From positions 1-29,308 of IMG/VR virus record IMGVR_UViG_3300020599_000116: a DNA stretch of 29,308 bases. One strand, 5' to 3'. This stretch comes from a virus. Lineage: Duplodnaviria > Caudoviricetes. This document shows, in pieces, positions 17,960 through 25,546 of this stretch. Numbering within the stretch: the stretch's first letter is position 1; each line of letters opens with the position of its first letter. Under the pieces are notes generated by a model. That model was not told the origin of the DNA, searched no databases, and was given only the letters and a program-made list of their open reading frames with translations. The position numbers and the translations under genes are program-made.

Positions 17960-18198
17960 ACCCCCTTTGAGTTTGGCGACCCAAGGATCTACTTCTTTTT
18001 CAGAACACTAGACTAACTGGAGCTTGACACCTGATTGAGGTGTCATAACTAATACAAACCATTTTTGGCTGTGTATCTCTTAGAGATCACAGTCTTTTTT
18101 TATTTTACTTATTTAAAACTAATTATATTTATATCTAGGAAACTTATTTTTACACTTTTGGTGTAGTGTTTTAATATATTTTATTTATTTACACCTTC
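17945..18198 (-). ncRNA. Candidate convergent antisense antitoxin RNA
   Basis: Minus-strand promoter TTGCAT(18234-29)-18-TAAACT(18210-05) with a TGn extension. A bidirectional hairpin at 17949-17999 overlaps the toxin stop. Confidence 0.5.
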
Positions 18199-18306
18199 GT
18201 ACAAAGTTTAGCACAAGCTAACGATAACATGCAATTACTAAGCGAACGCATACGACACAGTAACGAAGCCTAGCGAAAGATACAGCGGTAACGTTGAAGA
18301 ACGCCT

Positions 18307-18338
18307 AAAAAGCACCTTCCTCATCTTGAGTAGGTGCT
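18307..18338. repeat. AAAGCACC..GGTGCT hairpin repeat R1
   Basis: AAAAAGCACCTTCCTCATCTTGAGTAGGTGCT, abutting the stop codon of 18339-18527. Confidence 0.75.
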
Positions 18339-18527
18339 CTATTCATATATTTTATTTTGTTCCCGCTCTTTCTTTGGCCAATCCCTTCCCCAACCAGCTT
18401 CACCACAAGTAGTGCAGATGTAATCTCCAGTATGCATTCCTAGATGGTATTCTTTTTCTAGATATGGGTGATCGCAAGGTTTATCTCCCCACTCTCTTCT
18501 TAACTGATCTCCTTTGCCTGCTTGCAT
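18339..18527 (-). CDS. Small Cys/His (Zn-binding) hypothetical protein
   Basis: CDH..H..CTTC motif; GGGAGG RBS; bounded by hairpins R1 and R2. Confidence 0.7.
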   Translation of the reverse strand: MQAGKGDQLRREWGDKPCDHPYLEKEYHLGMHTGDYICTTCGEAGWGRDWPKKEREQNKIYE

Positions 18528-18583
18528 GGTTTTCGCCTCCCAAACCCGTATATTTTTATATTTTAATTATTATCAAAACAAAA

Positions 18584-18627
18584 AAAACACCCCAACTGTT
18601 GATTTATAACCATTGCTGAGGTGCTTT
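18584..18627. repeat. Degenerate hairpin repeat R2
   Basis: AAAACACC..GAGGTGCTTT, 4 bp from the stop codon of 18632-18868. Confidence 0.6.
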
Positions 18628-18631
18628 ATTT

Positions 18632-18868
18632 TCACTGATTCGTAATAGCTTTTTTGATCAACTTAATGTCCGTGTGGTGATCAGATACCCTTCCAGCCAG
18701 ATCCGTATATTGCTCTGAATTGGCAGCCACCTGCTGATGGATCATATCCAGTTTACTGTGAATGGATTCTACATCTTCCTTTGTGGCCATGGATACCTTC
18801 ACGTCAGCAAGTTCAGAACGAATAGCCTTCATCTCTTCAAGCAGCTGCTTTAGAATTTCATCGCTCAT
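18632..18868 (-). CDS. Coiled-coil hypothetical protein (ATKED motif)
   Basis: Heptad pattern; GGAGG RBS; TGATATAAT extended -10 upstream. Confidence 0.75.
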   Translation of the reverse strand: MSDEILKQLLEEMKAIRSELADVKVSMATKEDVESIHSKLDMIHQQVAANSEQYTDLAGRVSDHHTDIKLIKKAITNQ

Positions 18869-18945
18869 GGTTAAACCTCCCGTACAAAAATATAATATTT
18901 TAATTATATCACGACTCGGAGTAGAAGCACCGTTTGAAATATGTA

Positions 18946-18981
18946 AAAAGCACCTCTTTACCGTTTGGTAAGGGTGCTTTT
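18946..18981. repeat. Hairpin repeat R3 (36 bp, identical to R6)
   Basis: AAAAGCACCTCTTTACCGTTTGGTAAGGGTGCTTTT, identical to 21162-21197. Confidence 0.9.
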
Positions 18982-19077
18982 GTTGAGTACAAGTCTAAAT
19001 TTGACGAAGGTAATTTAAATACTAAACTATATACCAATGCTATAATTTACCTAAATATGGTAGAGGAGTGATGGAAT

Positions 19078-19287
19078 ATGGCGCAGATGAAATCGAAATA
19101 CGGGGAAAGAAAATTTCTGTTCAGTGTGTACAAAACTCTTGAAAACGCTCAAAAGATTGAAGACGACGGAAAAGAATTTGTGGTTTTACCTGCTGATTTG
19201 GTTAAGCAAATATCAGATACCATGCTGATCGTTATTAACCGTATGGATGGGCCACTTTTTGATGAAGACGAACAGGAAGCAAAATAG
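19078..19287 (+). CDS. Hypothetical protein, 69 aa
   Basis: GAGGAG RBS; TGCTATAAT extended -10 near 19038-46; bounded by R3 and R4. Confidence 0.7.
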   Translation: MAQMKSKYGERKFLFSVYKTLENAQKIEDDGKEFVVLPADLVKQISDTMLIVINRMDGPLFDEDEQEAK

Positions 19288-19297
19288 GAATATAAAT

Positions 19298-19333
19298 AAA
19301 AGCACCCTTACCATTTCGAGGTGGGGGTGCTTT
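19298..19333. repeat. Hairpin repeat R4 (bidirectional terminator-like)
   Basis: AAAAGCACCCTTACCATTTCGAGGTGGGGGTGCTTT. The first 16 nt are the exact reverse complement of the R3 right arm. Confidence 0.8.
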
Positions 19334-19337
19334 CGCT

Positions 19338-20015
19338 TTAGTCATACTTTTTAGTTTCAGCATCTTTGTTTCGCTTGATATCTCTCAATATGATCAGGCT
19401 GACCAAACCAATTGTAATAGTCAAAACGGCCGTAAAAAATCCAAACATAGTCATTGTAAAATCAGAACCAAAAAGACTAGATCTATTATCACTCAAAGTT
19501 GAAATTGCAAAGGCCGTAAAAGAACCTAACACAGCTACGACCACTGACATCGCACTCGATATAATTGCTTTACTTTGTTTTAATTTCAAGGCGTCTAACT
19601 TTTCGTCATGATGTGATTGCTCCTCAACCTCAACATGCAACATCTGTGTCTTTAGTTCCAGTAAAGTATCACAATAATTCAACTTGCTTTGATGGGCTAA
19701 GAAATTAGAGTCCATAATTTCTTTAACCAAATCATCCAGAATGATTGGTAAGGATTCCATATCATCCAAACTTACGTTAAATCTTTTGGCTGTCGATCTA
19801 TGAATTGCATTTAAAATTGGAGGACTAGGCAAATGTTCTTCCGGAATGCTCAATTTGATTGTATTAAACACTTCCTTGTTAGCTAGTCTAACTTGCTGTA
19901 GATATGCCTTTTTATCTCGAACCTTTTTTATAAATTCAGTAATAAAGTAGACGGCCAGACCTGTAAAAATACTGACTACCCAAGAATTATTGATAAAGTC
20001 GATTATCGCATCCAA
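19338..20015 (-). CDS. Hypothetical 3-TM membrane protein
   Basis: One N-terminal and two C-terminal hydrophobic segments; GAGGTGG RBS. Confidence 0.75.
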   Translation of the reverse strand: MDAIIDFINNSWVVSIFTGLAVYFITEFIKKVRDKKAYLQQVRLANKEVFNTIKLSIPEEHLPSPPILNAIHRSTAKRFNVSLDDMESLPIILDDLVKEIMDSNFLAHQSKLNYCDTLLELKTQMLHVEVEEQSHHDEKLDALKLKQSKAIISSAMSVVVAVLGSFTAFAISTLSDNRSSLFGSDFTMTMFGFFTAVLTITIGLVSLIILRDIKRNKDAETKKYD

Positions 20016-20057
20016 ATAATTTCCACCTCTATGTACGCTATTGAATTATGTATTAAT

Positions 20058-20092
20058 AAAGCACACTTACCTCTGTTGGTCTGGTTGCTTTT
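20058..20092. repeat. Degenerate hairpin repeat R5
   Basis: AAAGCACACTTACC..GGTTGCTTTT. Confidence 0.6.
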
Positions 20093-20104
20093 ATTTTATA
20101 AATT

Positions 20105-20235
20105 TAAAGCCCCCAGCAATATACTGGGGGCGAGCCTCATGTCCAAAAAATATGTATGGTACCGATCAAGTTAGACATGGGTATATGAACAAATAACTAA
20201 GCCTCAAGCCTTTCGGCAAGGGTATATAACTTTCT
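20105..20235 (-). ncRNA. Candidate ~130-nt sRNA downstream of the PemK-like toxin
   Basis: TTGACT(20271-66)-18-TAATCT promoter and GCCCCCAG..CTGGGGGC terminator (20109-31), with no ORF of 60 aa or more in between. Confidence 0.4.
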
Positions 20236-20364
20236 GACAATAGATTAACCCTTATGTAACAAAACAGTCAAAGTGCATTATTTACCATTTGAGTCGCTTT
20301 ATTACCATTTTGTTATGTTTTTTAACCATTTTTGTGTGTTTTTTGGCCATTTCCGTTGTACTTT

Positions 20365-21111
20365 TTACTCAACAGTTTCCTTCGTAGTTGCAGCCTGGGA
20401 TTGCAGTAACTCCTTTAGATGCTCTATTTCTTTAGTAAGAGAAAGGATTTGTTGATCTTTTTGATCTATTTTTCCTTCCAAATCTACTACTTCATCGCGA
20501 TGTAGTTTAGCTATGTACGGAGCGTAGAGTTTTTCCACCCTAAGTTCAATATCCTTCATAAGGGGGGTAAAAGCTATTGATTTGCCTAAATCTTTCTTAA
20601 TTCGATTCTTATCAATTGCTCTAATTTGATGGGTCAGAATCCATGAATCATTATGGAATTGAAAATAATCACTAGATTTAACTGGTATAATTGCATCTTT
20701 GAGTTCTTTGGGTATCTGCTTACCTCCAGAGCTAGTCACTGGAACTACCACGACCATGCGTTGGAAATTTGCTATCACAATACCGATGTGAGCATAAGAA
20801 AACTCTCTACCAATATTGTGTTGGCCAAAATTAATATTTAGTAATCTTCCCCGGTTTTGAACTTTACTGCAAACTAAATCTCTGGGTTGTTCCCTTCTTG
20901 GGCCGTGGATCCCATAATCATTCCAAAAACCATTCCACAATGTAAACTCTATCGATTCGTCTATTGATTTACTCTCGAGAAGAACCCGTGTATCCGCTAA
21001 TGTATTGCGTACCTGATGCATTACATCGGGTTCTTGTGCAGTCAAAACCTTCATTTCTTGCTCACTTTTGCTTTGTAGCATTTTAATTAACATATGAGCA
21101 TTAATTGGCAT
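20365..21111 (-). CDS. PemK/MazF-like toxin, long form with N-terminal extension and C-terminal coiled coil
   Basis: INFG.NIGREFS..H.GIVI..VVVVPVTS..ILTHQIRAIDKNRI. The ATG at 21111 follows AGGAAGGAG (track start 21138). Confidence 0.8.
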   Translation of the reverse strand: MPINAHMLIKMLQSKSEQEMKVLTAQEPDVMHQVRNTLADTRVLLESKSIDESIEFTLWNGFWNDYGIHGPRREQPRDLVCSKVQNRGRLLNINFGQHNIGREFSYAHIGIVIANFQRMVVVVPVTSSGGKQIPKELKDAIIPVKSSDYFQFHNDSWILTHQIRAIDKNRIKKDLGKSIAFTPLMKDIELRVEKLYAPYIAKLHRDEVVDLEGKIDQKDQQILSLTKEIEHLKELLQSQAATTKETVE

Positions 21112-21161
21112 GTGTTTTCTCCTTCCTTTTTTTATCATTATCTATTTAAAAATTCAAAAAT

Positions 21162-21197
21162 AAAAGCACCTCTTTACCGTTTGGTAAGGGTGCTTTT
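21162..21197. repeat. Hairpin repeat R6 (identical to R3)
   Basis: Exact 36-bp direct repeat of 18946-18981. Confidence 0.9.
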
Positions 21198-21214
21198 TAA
21201 ATCATGAAACACAT

Positions 21215-21358
21215 TTACTTTTCTTTCTCTTTCTCTAATACCATCCTAATACCAGCCTCAATTAGATCATTTACCTTCATATCCTTTTCCAGTGCAAGAA
21301 ACTTTAATTCCTTTAGTAAATCCTCATCTATCGTTGTATTAAACGCCTTTCTAGCCAT
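21215..21358 (-). CDS. Ribbon-helix-helix DNA-binding protein, 47 aa, not in the ORF track
   Basis: MARKAFNTTIDEDLLKELKFLALEKDMKVNDLIEAGIRMVLEKEKEK: beta-strand plus two helices; AAGGAG RBS. Confidence 0.8.
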   Translation of the reverse strand: MARKAFNTTIDEDLLKELKFLALEKDMKVNDLIEAGIRMVLEKEKEK

Positions 21359-21399
21359 TTTTTATCCGCTCCTTATCACATTTTATAATTTTATTTTAA

Positions 21400-21466
21400 C
21401 TTGTTGTTGACAACATAACAACATACATTTTATGATAAATACATGCTCATAACTACATAACAACAC
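21400..21466. promoter_or_regulatory. Divergent promoter region with ACATAACAAC operator repeats
   Basis: TTGACA (~21407) and TATGAT (~21432) boxes; ACATAACAAC occurs twice plus partial copies, next to the RHH gene. Confidence 0.55.
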
Positions 21467-21491
21467 AAAATTAGTCGAGGAGAGTGTCGAA

Positions 21492-21596
21492 ATGTTGTAT
21501 AAAGTTAGGGACTGGAAAAGATTAACCAAACAGGAACGTTATTTGCTCTTAGTTGCTGTTTCCACACTCCAGAAATCTAAAGGAGGACTATTATGA
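21492..21596 (+). CDS. Small ORF, 34 aa (MLYKVRDWKRLTKQERYLLLVAV...)
   Basis: GAGGAG RBS; ATGA overlap with the next gene. Confidence 0.5.
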   Translation: MLYKVRDWKRLTKQERYLLLVAVSTLQKSKGGLL

Positions 21597-21874
21597 AATC
21601 TTTTGTCGTTACTCTAATAGATACAGCTGATCAACCTTTCAACATCGAAGTGTTTATTCAACGGATCGATCGGGAAACTTGGAAATGGTTAGGACGCGAA
21701 GGGGAGGAGGGCTATTTAATCAGCATCCCGTTTTGGTGTTTTTCGTTTTACCAATCGGACAGGCCAAACCCGGAAGTTGAAAGCCTTAGAGATGAATTAG
21801 ATAACCGTTTTTACTACGAGCATGTTGATCCTGTTCTTTCCGCAATCGAAAAATCCTTAAAGGAAGGTGATTAG
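21593..21874 (+). CDS. Hypothetical protein
   Basis: AAAGGAGG RBS; part of the operon. Confidence 0.7.
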   Translation: MKSFVVTLIDTADQPFNIEVFIQRIDRETWKWLGREGEEGYLISIPFWCFSFYQSDRPNPEVESLRDELDNRFYYEHVDPVLSAIEKSLKEGD

Positions 21875-22103
21875 TTTGCATCCATTAGCAGAATTCTTAT
21901 TAGCTGAATGCATGGATATTCTGGATCATACTCAATGCCCCGCATGCTCTCACCTGGGCTTGTTGATGGAGGTGAGGAAGGAACCTAATAAACCTTTTGG
22001 TGTGAGCTGTCCTGGATGCAATGTGACACATGAAGTTGAGGATTTAGTTTCTGCGTATAAGAAAAACCGCTCCGTGGCTGGCACCAACGAAGCGGCTGTG
22101 TAA
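21867..22103 (+). CDS. Zinc-ribbon hypothetical protein
   Basis: CPAC..CPGC; overlaps the upstream gene. Confidence 0.6.
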   Translation: MISLHPLAEFLLAECMDILDHTQCPACSHLGLLMEVRKEPNKPFGVSCPGCNVTHEVEDLVSAYKKNRSVAGTNEAAV

Positions 22104-22150
22104 GACAAACGTTAATAATAACTATAACAGACTATACGGAGTGAGTACCA

Positions 22151-22300
22151 TTGAAAATCGATGTTCCAGCCGAGAAATTAGCCGCTGCAATCAATAAGTA
22201 TTTAATACCTGCATTGGTCAGGAGTGAGAAAGAGAAAATTCGCCGATCTATCGAAGAGAGCGAAGAACAGAAAAAAAGTAGGAATACACATAAGGGTTAG
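22151..22300 (+). CDS. Small ORF, 49 aa (MKIDVPAEKLAAAINKYLIPALVR...)
   Basis: TTG start after GGAGTGAG; ends at a terminator-like hairpin at 22292-22320. Confidence 0.5.
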   Translation: MKIDVPAEKLAAAINKYLIPALVRSEKEKIRRSIEESEEQKKSRNTHKG

Positions 22301-22343
22301 ATTTAACTAGCCCTTTTTTTTGAATACTTGGAGGTATTAACCC

Positions 22344-22559
22344 ATGAAGAGAGCACAAAAACCAGAAGACATTATTGAACTTCCTGCACTAGTTTACGAC
22401 TTGAAAACTGGTGAAACATTTCCCTTGGATACCGCACCGGAAGAAATCAAACAACGGTTAAAGGAAAAGGTAGCTGATGTGTGGTATCGAGCTGCCGCCC
22501 TTGCTGTTAAAAAGGATTTGAATATTGATTTTGAAATCAAGTCTGTACAGAAAGACTAA
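22344..22559 (+). CDS. Hypothetical protein
   Basis: GGAGGT RBS. Confidence 0.7.
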   Translation: MKRAQKPEDIIELPALVYDLKTGETFPLDTAPEEIKQRLKEKVADVWYRAAALAVKKDLNIDFEIKSVQKD

Positions 22560-22743
22560 AAGAAGGAATTTGTCGATTAACGTGGAAAATAGTAGAAATA
22601 GAAAAACCCCATTGCTTTGGCCGGCAGGGGTTTCTCAACGACAGTAGGACAAGTCTGCCCTTTTTTAAGTTGTTATTAATAACAATTCTATCATGGGCGA
22701 TAAAATCCTGCTAGACCAAAACATCTAGGAGGAATTTTTTATT

Positions 22744-23580
22744 ATGTCAAACGATAAAACAATGGTCAGGACGAGGAAAAACAGAGAGAATCCTTATGTG
22801 ATGCTTGATAAAACAGGTCTCCACGACCAACGTCTTTCGTGGAAAGCTAAAGGGTTACATGCTTATTTGATGAGTTTGCCGGATGATTGGACTATATACA
22901 TAACTGAATTAACTAAACACACAAAAGATGGACGGGACTCCACAAGAGCAGCATTTAAAGAATTAGAATTAGCCGGATATGTTACCAATGAAGCGATAAG
23001 AAATTCGAAGGGTCGTATTGAGAAATGGGAAAAGATCGTCTACGAGCAACCCTTGCATTGGGAACCGATTGAAAAGACTAAGAGTAAAAAGGTAAAGGAA
23101 CAGGAACCAGAAACGGAAAACCCGTATGTGGATCCAGAAACGGATTTTCCGGATCTGGAAAAACCACATCTGGACAATCCAGATCTGGAGAATCCAACAC
23201 TACTAATAAATAATAGTACTAATAATGATTTAACTAATAATGGTTGGTTGGGCGAGGTTACACCTTCGCAGAATAATCCGCCTTCCTCTGATCAAGCTTT
23301 GGCTTGGAATCTATTAAAAGATAACTGTGAACATCATGGAATTGATAAGGTGCAATCCTTTGAATTTTATAAGGTATGGCAGCATTATTACCCAGAGGCC
23401 CCAATCCCTATTGTGCTGGCTACAATCAGGGAACTGATGAATGATAAATGGACTCAAAAGAACGGTAAATGGACCGAGCTGGAATACAAAAATGTAACAG
23501 GGATATTCCATCACCGGATGAAGTCTTGGAGACAAATGGCTGCAGCCTATGAGGATGTGGATGGTTATGAAAATGGATAA
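22744..23580 (+). CDS. Phage/plasmid replication initiator-like protein (wHTH N-terminus, internal iteron linker)
   Basis: NPYV..D.RLSWKAKGL.AYLMSLPDDW.IY..EL..H..DG.DS..A.KELE.AGY, then a PxxENP repeat linker and LLINNSTNN; AGGAGG RBS. Confidence 0.75.
   Translation: MSNDKTMVRTRKNRENPYVMLDKTGLHDQRLSWKAKGLHAYLMSLPDDWTIYITELTKHTKDGRDSTRAAFKELELAGYVTNEAIRNSKGRIEKWEKIVYEQPLHWEPIEKTKSKKVKEQEPETENPYVDPETDFPDLEKPHLDNPDLENPTLLINNSTNNDLTNNGWLGEVTPSQNNPPSSDQALAWNLLKDNCEHHGIDKVQSFEFYKVWQHYYPEAPIPIVLATIRELMNDKWTQKNGKWTELEYKNVTGIFHHRMKSWRQMAAAYEDVDGYENG
23107..23196 (+). repeat. 15-bp-period intragenic repeats (probable origin iterons)
   Basis: CCAGAAACGGA x2, then CCGGATCTGGAAAAA / CCACATCTGGACAAT / CCAGATCTGGAGAAT, followed by an AT-rich run (~23200-23240). 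Confidence 0.65.
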
Positions 23581-23971
23581 GACATTTGAGTTGATCCAAT
23601 TCAAAAAAGGACAAAAAATACACGCCCTGGATGATCGAGTCAACAAAACATATTGCATTTCCTTAAGAAACAAGGATTTGACTAATATCTACTATACGAA
23701 CTTTGGTGATTTAAAGGACATTACCTGCCAATCTTGTAAAGATGTAATAACGGATCGAGAAATTCAAGATGAATTAGATAGATGGCATTTAGAATTAGGA
23801 AAGCTGGAAGAAAAGGCTCGTAAATCGATTATGGACCTAAAGGATGGCGAACGGCTGTGTGATATGTGTCTTGAACCATCTAAAAACTACAAAGTGATTA
23901 ATTTTCCCTTAAAAGACGATATAAAACTTTGTTTTCTTTGCAGTAATGCTATTGGAAAACAATTATTGTAG
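23573..23971 (+). CDS. Cys-rich hypothetical protein (start uncertain; track start 23549)
   Basis: CQSC, CDMC and CFLC motifs; overlaps the rep stop codon. Confidence 0.6.
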   Translation: MDKTFELIQFKKGQKIHALDDRVNKTYCISLRNKDLTNIYYTNFGDLKDITCQSCKDVITDREIQDELDRWHLELGKLEEKARKSIMDLKDGERLCDMCLEPSKNYKVINFPLKDDIKLCFLCSNAIGKQLL

Positions 23972-24009
23972 ATCTTACATTTTACAATTGGTTGAAAGGA
24001 GAATCAAAG

Positions 24010-24192
24010 ATGATACAAGTTACTTACTCGGATAAAGATAAATGCTTCGAATGTTATCAACCAGCAGCAATGACAATTAGTGTTAAAAAGGAAACCGGGG
24101 TAATGTGGTTATCCTTTTGCCATAAATGTAGTGATGATTTATATAAACAGCTGCAGAATGACCAGAGAGATTTAATAAAAACAAATGATTAA
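24010..24192 (+). CDS. Small zinc-finger hypothetical protein
   Basis: CFEC..CHKC; ATG after AAAGGAG (track start 23992). Confidence 0.6.
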   Translation: MIQVTYSDKDKCFECYQPAAMTISVKKETGVMWLSFCHKCSDDLYKQLQNDQRDLIKTND

Positions 24193-24568
24193 AGACGTAA
24201 CGGGTCAAACATTCGGTTTCCTCACAGTGATAAAGCTAGAGAAGGGCGGTAAAACATCACACTGGTTATGTCGTTGTGTTTGCGGATCAGAGAAGGTTGT
24301 CCCCCGAGAGCGGTTGATTGGGGGTAAAACAAAAAGCTGTGGATGCAAAGCGAGCGAGCTGAGGGGAGAAGCTTTAAAGAAAACCATGAAGAAAACTGGC
24401 TATAACCCTAGTCATAACCTAAGAAGTTATAAAGACAGGTATGAGGCTTTTCGAAAGGCTTTGGAGTACATTGCCTATTACGGGTATGAATCAAATGATC
24501 CAGCTGCTAAAAAAATGCGAGAGGTTGCTAGGAACGCAATAGAGAAGTACCGGTACGAATTAGATTAG
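24185..24568 (+). CDS. Protein with the N-terminal Cys motif of phage HNH/AP2-type proteins and no evident nuclease domain
   Basis: KDVTGQTFGFLTV..WLCRCVCG..L.GGKTKSCGC. Confidence 0.65.
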   Translation: MIKDVTGQTFGFLTVIKLEKGGKTSHWLCRCVCGSEKVVPRERLIGGKTKSCGCKASELRGEALKKTMKKTGYNPSHNLRSYKDRYEAFRKALEYIAYYGYESNDPAAKKMREVARNAIEKYRYELD

Positions 24569-24687
24569 CATATAAACTCTCGATTTTGCCTTTATACCGC
24601 TTTTTAAAATCAAAGTGGTATAAATTATGGAATCTATTAAAATGGCAGGAGAGGGAGAAATAAACGGGTTGGGAAGGTGTTGGTTTT

Positions 24688-24909
24688 ATGTACGCGATCA
24701 AAATAAATAATGAGCATTGGTTTTCAGATCATTATCGGGATAATCGTGTACTACTGTTTACTACAGAAAAAAAGGCACTAAAAGAGATAGAGTTTATAAA
24801 AAAGGATCCAAAATGGTTCACGATAGATTTAAAAGTTGTCGAAGTGGAAGTGGAAACAAATATAGATTTTGAAAAATGTATTTCAACGCAGACGGTAAGG
24901 GAATTGTAG
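24688..24909 (+). CDS. Hypothetical protein
   Basis: 73-aa ORF with a GGAAGGTG upstream element. Confidence 0.55.
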   Translation: MYAIKINNEHWFSDHYRDNRVLLFTTEKKALKEIEFIKKDPKWFTIDLKVVEVEVETNIDFEKCISTQTVREL

Positions 24910-25076
24910 TTCTGTCATTCTTTTTGTTATTAATATGTCCGCAAAGGCCATGTACTCCATCATTCGGGACCTTGGAGCCTCCTGACGCGATTTTGGATAT
25001 TTCCTGTTCAATAAATTTAGATTTGATTAACGATAAGCCTCTCTTATCGATAGTTAGAAAATGAGGAGCAATTAAT

Positions 25077-25532
25077 TTGAGGAGATATTTTATTCAAACC
25101 CCAAAAGGATTACAGGAAACTCAAAAAACAGAGCAAGCAGATTTTGTAATGCTAAATTATGCTGACCTTAAAGGTATTGAACATAAGTTAAAAAATAAAA
25201 CAGAAGAAGCATCCAGGTGGGCGAAGAAGTTGACCGGAGAAGATCAACAATACCGACTAATACTAGTGGATTATGTACATGAATACTTTCGTCCTACAGG
25301 TCATAATATGGCTGTTGAAGAACCTACAAAAGTATATGTCACCGTATCTTTACCGGTACCTGCTGTCCCCAGCGCAAAGAACCAAGCAAAAACCTTAGTA
25401 GAACGAGTATTTTCTGAGTACATCTCAAAATATAGACGCTATAAGTTACATTGGGCCACTAAATCCGGATGGTCTGTCAATCTTGAATTGACAGAAAATG
25501 AATTTGACTCTTTTCAATTACCAGAAAGTTAG
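25077..25532 (+). CDS. Hypothetical protein
   Basis: TTG start after GAGGAG; 151 aa. Confidence 0.65.
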   Translation: MRRYFIQTPKGLQETQKTEQADFVMLNYADLKGIEHKLKNKTEEASRWAKKLTGEDQQYRLILVDYVHEYFRPTGHNMAVEEPTKVYVTVSLPVPAVPSAKNQAKTLVERVFSEYISKYRRYKLHWATKSGWSVNLELTENEFDSFQLPES

Positions 25533-25546
25533 ATTATAATCAAGAT

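Noticed and set aside
18307-21197. CRISPR array (36-bp palindromic repeats)
   Set aside because: Repeats are hundreds of bp apart, separated by whole genes and mostly degenerate; no cas genes are present.
21204-21410. 68-aa plus-strand ORF
   Set aside because: Shadow of the minus-strand RHH gene, which has an RBS and a recognisable fold.
24185-24568. HNH homing endonuclease
   Set aside because: Only the N-terminal Cys motif is present; no HNH or AP2 motif is visible downstream.
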